Assembly: GCA_019873685.1 (NCBI GenBank)
Contig: JAIOAT010000001.1
Location: 324,298-388,297, forward strand
Source of the DNA: Chloroflexota bacterium
GTDB taxonomy: Bacteria; Chloroflexota; Anaerolineae; Aggregatilineales; Ch27
DNA: 64,000 nt
Direction: 5' to 3'
This document shows positions 1 to 8,852 of the stretch, piece by piece. Both the position numbers and the translations under genes were made by a program. The notes under the pieces were generated by a model. That model did no database searches. It was not told the origin of the DNA and saw nothing but the letters and a program-made list of their open reading frames with translations. Every line of letters begins with the position of its first letter. Positions within the stretch are counted from its first letter, which is position 1.

Positions 1-921
1 CGCGAAAACATCGAAGGCGTCTTTGGCGGCATTGGCGCCTATGTTAACCTGAACGAGTATGGCCAGCTTTACATCGCCTATCCGTTCCCTGACCAACCGG
101 CAAGCCGGGCCGGGCTGCAGGTAGGCGATATTGTCCTGAGTGCCGATGGACAGTCCCTGGAGAATCTGACTCTGGCCGAGGGCACTGCTCTGATCCGCGG
201 CCCGCTGGGGACGAAGGTGCATCTGCAGATCTTCCGACCGCAGACCGGCGAGATCTTTGAGGTTGATGTTGAACGGGCTGAAATCCAGATTCCAACAGTT
301 CGCGCCGAGATGCTTGAGGACGGGATCGCCTATGCGGCGCTGTTCCGCTTCAATGGTGTCGCAACGCGGCAGCTGGAAGCTGAGCTAAGCCGTCTGTTCG
401 CCCGGAATCCGCGGGCACTGATTCTCGATCTACGTGGCAATCCGGGCGGGCTGCTGGACGAGGCAATCAGCGTCAGCGATCTGTTCTTGCCGCAGGGTGT
501 CGTAGCGATCCAGCGCACTACCCTGCTCAAGGAACCGCGTGTGTATTATTCAGATACCGGTGATATAGCCGAAGACATTCCGCTGGTGGTCCTGATTGAT
601 CGCGGCAGTGCCAGCGCCTCCGAGATCGTGGCTGGCGCAATCCGTGACCGTGAGCGCGGGGTGCTTATCGGCCTGCCTACGTTTGGCAAAGGATCGGTTC
701 AACTCGTGCATGATCTATCCGACGGCTCGCAGCTGCGGATCACCTATGGCGCCTGGTACACCCCTGATGAGATCGCTCTGAATGGCACGGGCATCTCGCC
801 AGATATCGAGGTTGAGTTGCCCGCCGAGGGTTTCGGCCCGGCCGATGATCCCTGGCTGGCAGCGGCTATTGAGTATATCGATGCGACGTATCCAATGGTG
901 ACAGAAAGCAATGGCTCCTAA
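1..921 (+). CDS. S41 family C-terminal processing peptidase (5' end lies outside window)
   Basis: Frame 1 is open from base 1. PDZ-like segment GLQVGDIVLSADG, then S41 motifs RGNPGG, GSASASEIVAG and TFGKGSVQ. Stop TAA at 919-921. Confidence 0.9.
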   Translation, partial: RENIEGVFGGIGAYVNLNEYGQLYIAYPFPDQPASRAGLQVGDIVLSADGQSLENLTLAEGTALIRGPLGTKVHLQIFRPQTGEIFEVDVERAEIQIPTVRAEMLEDGIAYAALFRFNGVATRQLEAELSRLFARNPRALILDLRGNPGGLLDEAISVSDLFLPQGVVAIQRTTLLKEPRVYYSDTGDIAEDIPLVVLIDRGSASASEIVAGAIRDRERGVLIGLPTFGKGSVQLVHDLSDGSQLRITYGAWYTPDEIALNGTGISPDIEVELPAEGFGPADDPWLAAAIEYIDATYPMVTESNGS

Positions 922-1390
922 AAAGGCAGAAGATGGCCGGTTAATCATTGCTACCAACCGCAAAGCCCGTCACGACTACTTTCTGGAAGACACGTTCGAG
1001 GCGGGTATGGTGCTGGTTGGCTCGGAAATCAAGTCAATCCGCGCCCGGCATGTCAACTTGCGGGATGGCTATGTGCAGATCAAGGGCGGCGAACTGTGGC
1101 TGCTTAACACCCATATTGCTGACTACAAGCAAGCCGGGCCTTACCATGGCCACGACCCTCTGCGTCCTCGCAAGTTGTTGATGCATCGCAAGGAGATCAA
1201 CCGGCTGGCGACCAAAATTCAGGAGAAAGGCTACACCCTGATCCCGGTCACGCTGTATCTCAAGCGTGGCAGAGCCAAGGTGGAAATCGCCCTGGCGCGC
1301 GGCAAGAAGCAATATGATAAGCGGGAAGCCATCGCCCGCCGGGACAGCCAGCGCCAGATCGACCGTGCGTTACGAGACCGGGGCCGGTAA
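911..1390 (+). CDS. smpB: SsrA-binding protein SmpB
   Basis: 159 aa with typical SmpB sequence (NRKARHDYFLEDTFEAGMVLVGSEIKSIR ... LLMHRKEI) and a basic C-terminal tail. The ATG at 911 overlaps the upstream stop by 11 nt. Confidence 0.95.
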   Translation: MAPKKAEDGRLIIATNRKARHDYFLEDTFEAGMVLVGSEIKSIRARHVNLRDGYVQIKGGELWLLNTHIADYKQAGPYHGHDPLRPRKLLMHRKEINRLATKIQEKGYTLIPVTLYLKRGRAKVEIALARGKKQYDKREAIARRDSQRQIDRALRDRGR

Positions 1391-1404
1391 CGACGTCCAG
1401 CCTT

Positions 1405-2217
1405 ATGGAAATCGCTCCTCATCCGCCACCGGTATGGCCTCGTTCCATCCGGGGGATCAATGATTTACCGGCAGCGCAAAAACACGCCATCTATCGGACG
1501 TTGCTGGCGCCGTGGCTGTATTCACGGTTCCGCATTGACCCGCAAACGCTGACCCAGGACGGGCAGCCGGTGGTATCCATCAACTGCCCTGCTGGCAGCC
1601 GCGCTATGGAGATGAGCGTCTGGCACGAGCCCGGTGCGGAAGACCCGGTCATGTACATCAACATGGTTGATACGTTCAATAACCAGTTGCTGGTATTGCT
1701 GGTGGTGATCAACAACCCGGACTCACCACGCTTTCCCATTGACCGGGATGCGGATGGGATGCCCACCTTCCTGGGAACACGTGGGCGCAATATTCCGGCG
1801 GAAGTCGCCGCATTGCAGGCTGGCCTTGCTCCGGGACAGGTACGCGCCGGCCTGCGCAGCGGCCGTTCTACTGTCCCGATCTTTGAGCAGTTCGTGCGCC
1901 ATATGGGGCATGACCTGTTTTTGGTTGAGCCGCTGGCATACCACAATGCCATCACATTCGAACGGTACGGCTTCAATTACCTCTCTGGCCGGCAGGAGAT
2001 GGAACGGATCAACAGGGAGTTCCAGCCCGGCGGCGAATTGCACCGCCAACTGGATGGTTCTACCCCATTTCGCAACCCTGATGCCTGGCGAACGGTACGT
2101 GGGCGCTCCTGGGCCATTCATGACGGCATCTTGGGGCGTCCCTTCACCGGTTTCCACATGTACAAGCGTGTTGGCGTTCATGCTGGCATCAACACATTTC
2201 CCGGTGCGGTCTGGTAG
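1405..2217 (+). CDS. Hypothetical protein, 270 aa
   Basis: Long ORF with genome-typical codon usage and no competing ORF of quality. The C-terminal segment LAYHNAITFERYGFNY faintly resembles the GNAT motif B. No clear SD, so the start is uncertain. Confidence 0.6.
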   Translation: MEIAPHPPPVWPRSIRGINDLPAAQKHAIYRTLLAPWLYSRFRIDPQTLTQDGQPVVSINCPAGSRAMEMSVWHEPGAEDPVMYINMVDTFNNQLLVLLVVINNPDSPRFPIDRDADGMPTFLGTRGRNIPAEVAALQAGLAPGQVRAGLRSGRSTVPIFEQFVRHMGHDLFLVEPLAYHNAITFERYGFNYLSGRQEMERINREFQPGGELHRQLDGSTPFRNPDAWRTVRGRSWAIHDGILGRPFTGFHMYKRVGVHAGINTFPGAVW

Positions 2218-2289
2218 TTTCACTGTCAACTTTGCCTGCACCTATCCGTAGCGGATCAGATGTATGCCTGAACCGGACACAAAAAGCCG

Positions 2290-2319
2290 TTGACGTCGCT
2301 TGAATCGCCATGCTATACT
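2290..2319 (+). promoter_or_regulatory. Sigma-70-type promoter for the valS leader
   Basis: TTGACG (2290-2295), 18-nt spacer, TATACT (2314-2319). Confidence 0.55.
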
Positions 2320-2325
2320 GAGCAG

Positions 2326-2590
2326 AAATTGCATACCGTCAGTAACTGAGATGGAGAGGAGTAAGCGGTCAACGTCTCCCCAGAAAGGTGGGTCACCGGC
2401 TGAAAGCCCACTGTGATGGTCCCGCTGAACGTCGCTCCGGAGTTGAAATGCTGAACCCTGTCTGGCAGTAGGCATTTCCGGGTCAGCCCGTTATCGCGCA
2501 AAGCGCCGGCAGGCTATCTCATCTGCACGGAAGCAAGGTGGTACCACGGAAGGTCTGGCCTTTCGCCCTTGGGGGCGAAAGGCTTTTTTT
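2326..2590 (+). promoter_or_regulatory. T-box riboswitch leader (Val specifier) with intrinsic terminator
   Basis: Stem I elements: AGUA (2360-2363), AG-rich bulge AGAAAG (2382-2387), and GAA-C-GUC-G on the 3' side of the specifier loop (GUC at 2431-2433). T-box sequence AAGGUGGUACCACGG at 2535-2549. Terminator GCCUUUCGCCC/GGGCGAAAGGC at 2558-2583 plus U7 at 2584-2590. Sits directly upstream of valS. Confidence 0.85.
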
Positions 2591-2714
2591 CTGGCACGGC
2601 TGAGAACTGGTTTGTGCGGCAAGTCTCAGGCGTCAATCGCCGTAGAGGCTTGAGCCGCAAAGACTACCCGAAGTCGTGGTCTGTTGCACTCAATCACCGA
2701 GGGAAGACGCTGCT

Positions 2715-5351
2715 ATGACCAACGAAATGCCCAGGATATTCGACTTCCAGAATGAGGAACCACGCCTCTACCAGTGGTGGGAACAAAATGGCTGGTTCAA
2801 ACCGGAGGCAGCTCGCAACCCGGATGCTGAGCCATTTGTGATCAGCATCCCGCCGCCCAATGTGACCGGGGAATTACACCAGGGTCACGCCATGTTTGTC
2901 AGCCTGGAAGACATGATGATCCGGTACGAGCGCATGCGTGGCAAAGCTGCCCTGTGGGTTCCCGGCACTGACCACGCTGGCATCGCCACTCAGCTTATGG
3001 TTGAGCGGATGTTGGCTGAGGAAGGTACCTCCCGCCAGGCAATTGGACGTGAGGAGTTTCTGCGCCGCACCTGGGAGTGGAAAGCCAAGTACGGTGGGCG
3101 CATCGTTCAGCAACTCCGCCGTCTGGGGGCCAGCTGCGACTGGGACCGCGAGCGTTTCACCATGGATGACCAGCTCTCGAAGGCCGTGCGGGAGGCGTTT
3201 GTCCGCCTGTGGGAGGACGGGCTACTCTACCGCGGGACAAGACTGGTTAACTGGAGTCCCAACCTGCAAACTGCCGTCAGCGATCTGGAAGTGGAATACG
3301 AGGAGCGTGACGGCACGCTCTACTACTTCCGCTATCGCCTCAAGGCTGATCCGGCCCACTACATTCCTGTGGCGACTACCCGCCCGGAGACTATCCTGGG
3401 CGATACTGCGGTGGCCGTTCATCCTGAAGATGAACGCTACCGCCATCTGATTGGTCAGGAGGTGCTTGTTCCCATTCTGGACCGTGCGATTCCCGTCATC
3501 GGGGACGAGTATGTGGATCGCGCCTTCGGCACCGGCGCGTTGAAGATCACCCCCGGTCACGATCCAAATGACTATGAGATCGGCCTGCGCTTCAACCTGC
3601 CAATGATCAACATCCTCAACAAGGATGGTACGCTTAACGAAAATGCGGGGCCGTATGCCGGGCTGGATCGTTTTGCAGCCCGGGAAAGACTGTGGGCGGA
3701 TATGCGGGCAGCAGGGCTGGTCATCAAGGAAGAGCCTTACCGTCACAGTGTGCCCATCAGCCAGCGCGGTGGCGAACTGATCGAACCCCTGCTGAGCGAA
3801 CAGTGGTTTGTCCGCATCAAGCCTATGGCGGAGAAAGCAATCGTAGCAGTGCGCAGCGGCCAGATCAGGATCGTGCCAGAACGCTTTGAGAAGATTTACT
3901 TCCACTGGATGGAGAACATCCGTGACTGGTGCATCAGCCGGCAGCTCTGGTGGGGGCACCGCATCCCGGCCTGGTACGCTGACGATGGTGAGATCTGGGT
4001 CGGGCGCGAGGATACGCCTCCGCAGGATGGCCGTCACTGGACTCAGGACCCTGACGTGCTGGATACGTGGTTCAGCAGCGGCCTCTGGCCGTTCAGCACA
4101 CTGGGCTGGCCGGAGGATACATCTGACTACCGGCGCTTTTACCCGACCAGCGTTATGGAGACGGGTTACGACATTTTGTTCTTCTGGGTGGCCCGGATGA
4201 TCATGATGGGCCTCTGGTTCACCGGCAAGGCGCCGTTCCACACCGTCTACCTGCACGGCCTTGTCCGGGATGAGAACGGTCAGAAGATGAGCAAGACTAA
4301 GGGCAACGTGATTGATCCTCTGCAAAACATCGAGGAGTACGGCACGGATGCCCTGCGCTTTACTCTGTTGACTGGCAGCACCCCCGGCCAGGATATGAAC
4401 CTCTCGGAGGATCGCATTCGGGGCAATCGGAACTTCGCCAACAAGCTGTGGCAAATGACCCGGTTCGTGACCAGCAATCTGGATGGCGAGGAACCGCTTG
4501 GCCCGCCCCCGCTGAGCGCCGACCTTACCCTGCCCGATCGCTGGATTCTCAGCCGCCTTCAGACCCTGGTTGGTAATGTGCAGCGTCTCTTTGACACCTA
4601 CCAGTATGGTGAGGCCGGACGCCAGATCTATGAATTCATCTGGGGAGAGTATGCCGACTGGTACATCGAGATTAGCAAGGAGACGCTTTACGGTGGCGAA
4701 GCTGCAGCCAAGTCCCGTGTGCGGCACATTCTGGTGTATGTGCTGGAAACCTGCCTGCGCCTCCTGCACCCATTTATGCCCTTCGTAACCGAGGCGGCGT
4801 GGCAGTACCTGCCCCATGAGGGTCAGGCGCTGATCGTGGCCGAATGGCCAACCGTGCAACAGGCTTACCAGAATCCCAAGGCTGAAGAGGAAATGCAGGT
4901 GCTGCTTGAACTCATCCGGGGTTTGCGGAATCTGCGCGCTGAGTACAACGTTGACCCCGGTCGGCGCCTGCAGGCAATGGCCCATGCCGGCTCTCGCCAG
5001 CAGCTCCTGGCGGACTACGCCGATCTCTTTGATCGCTTGGCGCGGATTGAGGCTATCACCTTCCTTGATCAGAACCAGCCCGCGCCGGACAAGGCGGCCT
5101 CAGTGGTGGTTGGCGATGCCACCATCTACCTGCATCTTGCTGACATGATCGACCTGAGCGCAGAACGCGCCCGCCTTGCACAGGAACTGGAGGCCATCTC
5201 GCAACAACTGGAGCGCGCCTCACGACTTCTCAGCAACGTGGACTTTGTGAGTAAAGCCAATCCAGCTGTCGTTGAGCGTGAAAGGGCTAAAGTAGCCGAT
5301 CTGCAAACGAGGAAGGATGCCATCCTCAAGCGCCTGGAGACGCTCGGCTAA
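2715..5351 (+). CDS. valS: Valyl-tRNA synthetase
   Basis: Class I motifs PPPNVTGELHQGH (HIGH-like) and KMSKTKGN (KMSKS), plus a C-terminal coiled coil. The ORF opens at 2676, but the ATG at 2715 with GAGGGA upstream is the likelier start. Confidence 0.97.
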   Translation: MTNEMPRIFDFQNEEPRLYQWWEQNGWFKPEAARNPDAEPFVISIPPPNVTGELHQGHAMFVSLEDMMIRYERMRGKAALWVPGTDHAGIATQLMVERMLAEEGTSRQAIGREEFLRRTWEWKAKYGGRIVQQLRRLGASCDWDRERFTMDDQLSKAVREAFVRLWEDGLLYRGTRLVNWSPNLQTAVSDLEVEYEERDGTLYYFRYRLKADPAHYIPVATTRPETILGDTAVAVHPEDERYRHLIGQEVLVPILDRAIPVIGDEYVDRAFGTGALKITPGHDPNDYEIGLRFNLPMINILNKDGTLNENAGPYAGLDRFAARERLWADMRAAGLVIKEEPYRHSVPISQRGGELIEPLLSEQWFVRIKPMAEKAIVAVRSGQIRIVPERFEKIYFHWMENIRDWCISRQLWWGHRIPAWYADDGEIWVGREDTPPQDGRHWTQDPDVLDTWFSSGLWPFSTLGWPEDTSDYRRFYPTSVMETGYDILFFWVARMIMMGLWFTGKAPFHTVYLHGLVRDENGQKMSKTKGNVIDPLQNIEEYGTDALRFTLLTGSTPGQDMNLSEDRIRGNRNFANKLWQMTRFVTSNLDGEEPLGPPPLSADLTLPDRWILSRLQTLVGNVQRLFDTYQYGEAGRQIYEFIWGEYADWYIEISKETLYGGEAAAKSRVRHILVYVLETCLRLLHPFMPFVTEAAWQYLPHEGQALIVAEWPTVQQAYQNPKAEEEMQVLLELIRGLRNLRAEYNVDPGRRLQAMAHAGSRQQLLADYADLFDRLARIEAITFLDQNQPAPDKAASVVVGDATIYLHLADMIDLSAERARLAQELEAISQQLERASRLLSNVDFVSKANPAVVERERAKVADLQTRKDAILKRLETLG

Positions 5352-5365
5352 CCCATAACCCAAAA

Positions 5366-5399
5366 CACCAGCGGGACCTCTGGGGGCCCCGCTGGTGTT
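5366..5399. terminator. Hairpin between convergent valS and the HEAT-repeat gene
   Basis: Perfect 11-bp arms ACACCAGCGGG/CCCGCTGGTGT. A T-run follows only when read on the minus strand (TTTTGGG). Confidence 0.6.
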
Positions 5400-5432
5400 C
5401 TACCGCAGTGGTGAGCGGTCGGGCACTGCTTT

Positions 5433-5651
5433 TTATTTGCCTTGCTGGAGACGTATCCGTTTAAAGATCGCCCTGCCAGCTTCCTGGGCAGCTCGCTTAA
5501 CCTCCGGATCCCGGTCGGTCTGGAAAAGCTCCTCAAGGATGCTTAATGCAGCGGCGTCCCCCAGCAGCCCCAGCTCACGGGCAGAAGCAGCGCGAACCCT
5601 GGGATTCTTGTCCTTTAGCCGTGCAATATGATATTGCACCAGATCGGGCAT
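5433..5651 (-). CDS. Small HEAT-repeat (PBS-lyase-type) protein, 72 aa
   Basis: Repeat signature NPRVRAASARELGLLGDAAALSILEELFQTDRDPEVKRAA. Confidence 0.6.
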   Translation of the reverse strand: MPDLVQYHIARLKDKNPRVRAASARELGLLGDAAALSILEELFQTDRDPEVKRAAQEAGRAIFKRIRLQQGK

Positions 5652-5832
5652 CGATCCTGCTCCTTGTCCAACACAGCTGGCATGCCGGCCTGCACGTATC
5701 AGCCGTGTTGCTGATGCGCGGCGGCTTAGCCAGTTTGTTCATGCTATAACATGCCGGATTCGCAGTACAAGTATAGCCCTGTTTTGAGATCGGGCCATGG
5801 CCGCAGTGCCAGGCTCAACTCCCATTTTGCCC

Positions 5833-5861
5833 TTGAACGCCCTACACCCAACTGCTATAAT
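5833..5861 (+). promoter_or_regulatory. Promoter of tRNA-Thr
   Basis: TTGAAC (5833-5838), 17-nt spacer, TATAAT (5856-5861), about 14 nt before the tRNA 5' end. Confidence 0.6.
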
Positions 5862-5875
5862 CAGCCACGTTATAC

Positions 5876-5948
5876 GCCACCGTAGCTCAATCGGCAGAGC
5901 AGGCGCTTCGTAAGCGTCAGGTTATCGGTTCAACTCCGATCGGTGGCT
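5876..5948 (+). tRNA. tRNA-Thr (anticodon CGU)
   Basis: Hand-folded 73-nt cloverleaf. Acceptor GCCACCG/CGGTGGC, D arm GCTC..GAGC, anticodon arm GGCGC-TTCGTAA-GCGTC, T arm ATCGG-TTCAACT-CCGAT. CCA is not encoded. Confidence 0.9.
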
Positions 5949-6047
5949 CACTGGATGCCCGTCACGATAGTTGATGCGGGCATTTTTCATATCACGCCCG
6001 GCCACCCCGTAGTCAATGTTGCCCTGCCCGCAACTGGAGTCCAGTCT

Positions 6048-6689
6048 ATGAGCCAACCCACACAGCGTCCGGTCACCATTGGCGTTGCCGGTGGCACTGC
6101 CTCCGGCAAGAGCACGGTGTCCGCCAGGTTGCTGGAACAAGCCGGCAGCAATAACATTGCCTACCTGTCCCATGATTCCTACTACCGGGATATGGCTGAT
6201 ATCCCGCGCACCCAGGATGGCCGCCCCAACTTTGACCACCCTGATTCCCTGGAAACGTCGTTGCTCATCGCCAATATCCGCCGCCTGCAGAACTGGGAAG
6301 CGGTTGAAGAGCCGGTTTACGACTTCACAACCTACAGCCGTACAGCTCGCACGCGCACCATTCTGCCTCAGCCTGTGATCCTGGTGGAAGGTATCCTGCT
6401 CTTTGTGGAGCCGGAACTGCGCAACCTGTTTGACATTCGAATCTTCGTTGACACGCCGGATGACATCCGCCTGATCCGCCGCCTTAAGCGGGATATCGCT
6501 GAGCGAGGACGTACTGTGGAGTCGGTCATCGATCAGTATCTGGCCACTGTCCGCCCCATGCATCTGGAGTTTGTCGAGCCAAGCAAGCGTTACGCGGACG
6601 TGATCATCCCCGAAGGTGGGTTTAATCAGGTGGCCATTGACATCGTGGCGGCCCGTATCCGATCGATGCTAGCTGACCTGCGCCGATGA
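6048..6689 (+). CDS. udk: Uridine kinase
   Basis: P-loop GVAGGTASGKST and DTPDDIRLIRRLKRD. The ATG at 6048 follows GGAG. The ORF-track start at 5943 would overlap the tRNA and is rejected. Confidence 0.92.
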   Translation: MSQPTQRPVTIGVAGGTASGKSTVSARLLEQAGSNNIAYLSHDSYYRDMADIPRTQDGRPNFDHPDSLETSLLIANIRRLQNWEAVEEPVYDFTTYSRTARTRTILPQPVILVEGILLFVEPELRNLFDIRIFVDTPDDIRLIRRLKRDIAERGRTVESVIDQYLATVRPMHLEFVEPSKRYADVIIPEGGFNQVAIDIVAARIRSMLADLRR

Positions 6690-6692
6690 GCC

Positions 6693-7028
6693 TCACTCCT
6701 GATCCGAAGCGGGTGGCGTAACAGCCCGTACTAGCGCCACGAGAAACGCCGAAGTCTCATCAAGACGCGCCTTCAAGTCCTTCATTTCGCTCAGCGCCAT
6801 TTCAGGCCGTGTTGACCACGCTCGCAGGATGATTTCAGCCTGGATACTGGCATTGGTGATGGGCCCTCCAAGCTGATCGTGAAGCAGATCGGCCAGCCAT
6901 TGCCGCCCCTCTCGTGTCAGATGTCTGTCTAAAGCTGCCTGCAGTGCCTGAGGATCAAAAAAAGCAGAGTTGGGCATACCCATTTTCTCCCTTCGATAAC
7001 AGTTTTCCACGCCAAGGAATTGACCCAC
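6693..7028 (-). CDS. Hypothetical protein (about 96-111 aa)
   Basis: ORF only, no recognisable motif. The internal MGMPNS start is plausible. Convergent with udk across a 3-nt gap. Confidence 0.45.
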   Translation of the reverse strand: MGQFLGVENCYRREKMGMPNSAFFDPQALQAALDRHLTREGRQWLADLLHDQLGGPITNASIQAEIILRAWSTRPEMALSEMKDLKARLDETSAFLVALVRAVTPPASDQE

Positions 7029-7088
7029 TCAAGGTGAATCTGCGTGGCCAGGTACAGATTGACGCCTGTATCTGCACGTCTACCTGCG

Positions 7089-7117
7089 TTGCTCCCCGCT
7101 ATGCAGAATGCTATAAT
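7089..7117 (+). promoter_or_regulatory. Promoter of the sensor kinase gene
   Basis: TTGCTC (7089-7094), 17-nt spacer, TATAAT (7112-7117). Confidence 0.5.
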
Positions 7118-7183
7118 GCTCTTCGGGGATTTGCCACTCCCACCTGCATTTCCTTCTTTACTCGTCGCAACTGATCCGGAGAA

Positions 7184-8773
7184 ATGTGCGTGGCGCAACC
7201 AGGTATAACCCGACAAGACCCTGTCAGCCTAGACAAACTGGAACGGCAGATCGCTGAGCAGGCGCTTTTGCTTCGCGCTTCGGAATATCTCACTTCCAGC
7301 CTGGATATCGCCCACACTCTCCCTCCCGTAGTTGAACTGATTCTGCTGACTGGAGTCGGGCACTCTGTTCGCCTGGTTCTTGCCGGCGTTGGCCACGAGA
7401 TCACTGTTTTTGCTGCCGGACGTCTGGCTGACTCTCCGACAGCTCTGGACGAGCACATTCTGCAAGCGTCGGCGACTCCTCATGAGGTGTTGACACTTGA
7501 TCCTGAGGAGTTGCCGGATGCCATCCGGCAGTCACGTGCATGGGAGATTTCTGGCAGGATTCTGGTCTGGCCGCTTCGCGTTCCGGCCCCCTGGTCCGCC
7601 GTGCTCTGGATCGCCACCGATAGTCCCGCGGCTCCAGCCACCGATCCTCTCTCTCTGGTCTCCGGACTGGTAGCGCAGGTTTCAGCCGCCCTGGCCAACA
7701 TGTTGCGTTTTGAACTGTTGCACAGGGATCATCAGCGTCTGCAGGCGGCACTGGATGATGTGGGTGATGCCGTTTTGATCATGGATGGCCAGGGAGATCT
7801 GGTGTTCGCCAACCGTGCGGCGCAAACCCTGCTGGACATCGATCCAGCAGAGGCCGTAGACCAGCCAGCAAGCATCGCGCTTCAGGCCTACCCGGAACTA
7901 CTGGACCTTCTTAACATCAGCGAGAACGCTTTGGATTACTGGGAAGGGCCTGGCAACCGGATGTTCTCGCCGCGCTTGCGGGTCGTTGAAGAGGGCGAAG
8001 CCGCGGCTGGCAGTATGGTGCTCATCCTGCACGATGTCACGGCCAACGTGTTGCTTGATCGAAATCAGCGCGAGATTGTCGATTTGATGGGGCATGACAT
8101 CCATACCCCCCTTACCGTAATCAAGGGTGCAACGGATATGCTGGGTATGGCCGGCGATCTCAACAGCAGGCAGGCGGCGATGCTGGATAAGGTGCTCAGC
8201 GGAGTCCGGCAGATCACTGCCCTGGCGAATAATATCGAGGATGCTGGCCGCTGGGACCCTCAGACCGGCAGTTACCAGATGATCCGTGGGCCGGTCAATA
8301 TTGCGGCCATCGTGTCCAGCATCGTGGCTGATCAGCAGGATATCGCCGCCAAGCAGAACATCCGCCTCAGCACGATCGTTCCCCCAGAGGTTCCGATTAT
8401 CTCCGGCGACAAGCTGATGATTGAACGCGCTCTGACTAATCTGGTCAGCAACGCTATCAAGTACACGCCGGACGGTGGCGATGTTACTGTGACTGTCACC
8501 ACCACAGACACGGCGCTAACCGTCTGTGTGAGCGATACCGGCCTGGGCATTGCCAAAGAAAATCTCGACCGTTTGTTTAAACGTGGCAGCCGGATTGTTA
8601 CCCCGGAGATCACTAGAAGGCGCATCAAAGGCAGCGGCCTGGGGTTGTTTATCGTCCACAGTGTTGCCCAGTACCATGGAGGCAAAGTGTGGGTGGAAAG
8701 CGAACTGGGCAAAGGGAGCAAGTTCTACTTCAGCCTGCCGCTGACGCCGGAAGGTACTCCTGCCGGACAATGA
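7184..8773 (+). CDS. Sensor histidine kinase (N-terminal sensory region, PAS-like, HisKA, HATPase_c)
   Basis: H-box MGHDIHTPLTVIKG, N-box LVSNAIKYTPDGG, G-boxes DTGLGI and GSGLGLFIV. Confidence 0.9.
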   Translation: MCVAQPGITRQDPVSLDKLERQIAEQALLLRASEYLTSSLDIAHTLPPVVELILLTGVGHSVRLVLAGVGHEITVFAAGRLADSPTALDEHILQASATPHEVLTLDPEELPDAIRQSRAWEISGRILVWPLRVPAPWSAVLWIATDSPAAPATDPLSLVSGLVAQVSAALANMLRFELLHRDHQRLQAALDDVGDAVLIMDGQGDLVFANRAAQTLLDIDPAEAVDQPASIALQAYPELLDLLNISENALDYWEGPGNRMFSPRLRVVEEGEAAAGSMVLILHDVTANVLLDRNQREIVDLMGHDIHTPLTVIKGATDMLGMAGDLNSRQAAMLDKVLSGVRQITALANNIEDAGRWDPQTGSYQMIRGPVNIAAIVSSIVADQQDIAAKQNIRLSTIVPPEVPIISGDKLMIERALTNLVSNAIKYTPDGGDVTVTVTTTDTALTVCVSDTGLGIAKENLDRLFKRGSRIVTPEITRRRIKGSGLGLFIVHSVAQYHGGKVWVESELGKGSKFYFSLPLTPEGTPAGQ

Positions 8774-8852
8774 TCCTGAGGCGCCCTTCAAGCGGCGACA
8801 TGAGCGAACACGCCCCGGCGAAAGCCGGGGTGCGGCTTTCAGGCAAATTGCG

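Noticed and set aside
1391-2675. Search for a tmRNA (ssrA) gene next to smpB
   Set aside because: No tRNA-Ala-like acceptor/T-arm pairing or tag reading frame was seen. The interval is accounted for by a 270-aa ORF and the valS T-box leader.
3222-4985. 587-aa ORF antisense to valS
   Set aside because: A mirror ORF typical of GC-rich DNA. It has R/P/G/A-rich low-information sequence and no motifs, whereas the plus-strand frame carries the ValRS HIGH and KMSKS motifs.
5876-5948. tRNA genes (Thr here, Cys at 45973-46043) as integration sites for a genomic island
   Set aside because: No integrase, no visible direct repeat of the tRNA 3' end downstream, and flanking genes are housekeeping with native composition.
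5943-6047. Upstream-extended ORF-track starts (this one for udk; also 24451, 28051, 29354, 33488, 47739, 51199, 51263, 56386)
   Set aside because: The extensions overlap tRNAs, riboswitches or neighbouring genes and lack an SD. Internal ATG/GTG codons with good SD sequences give canonical N-termini.
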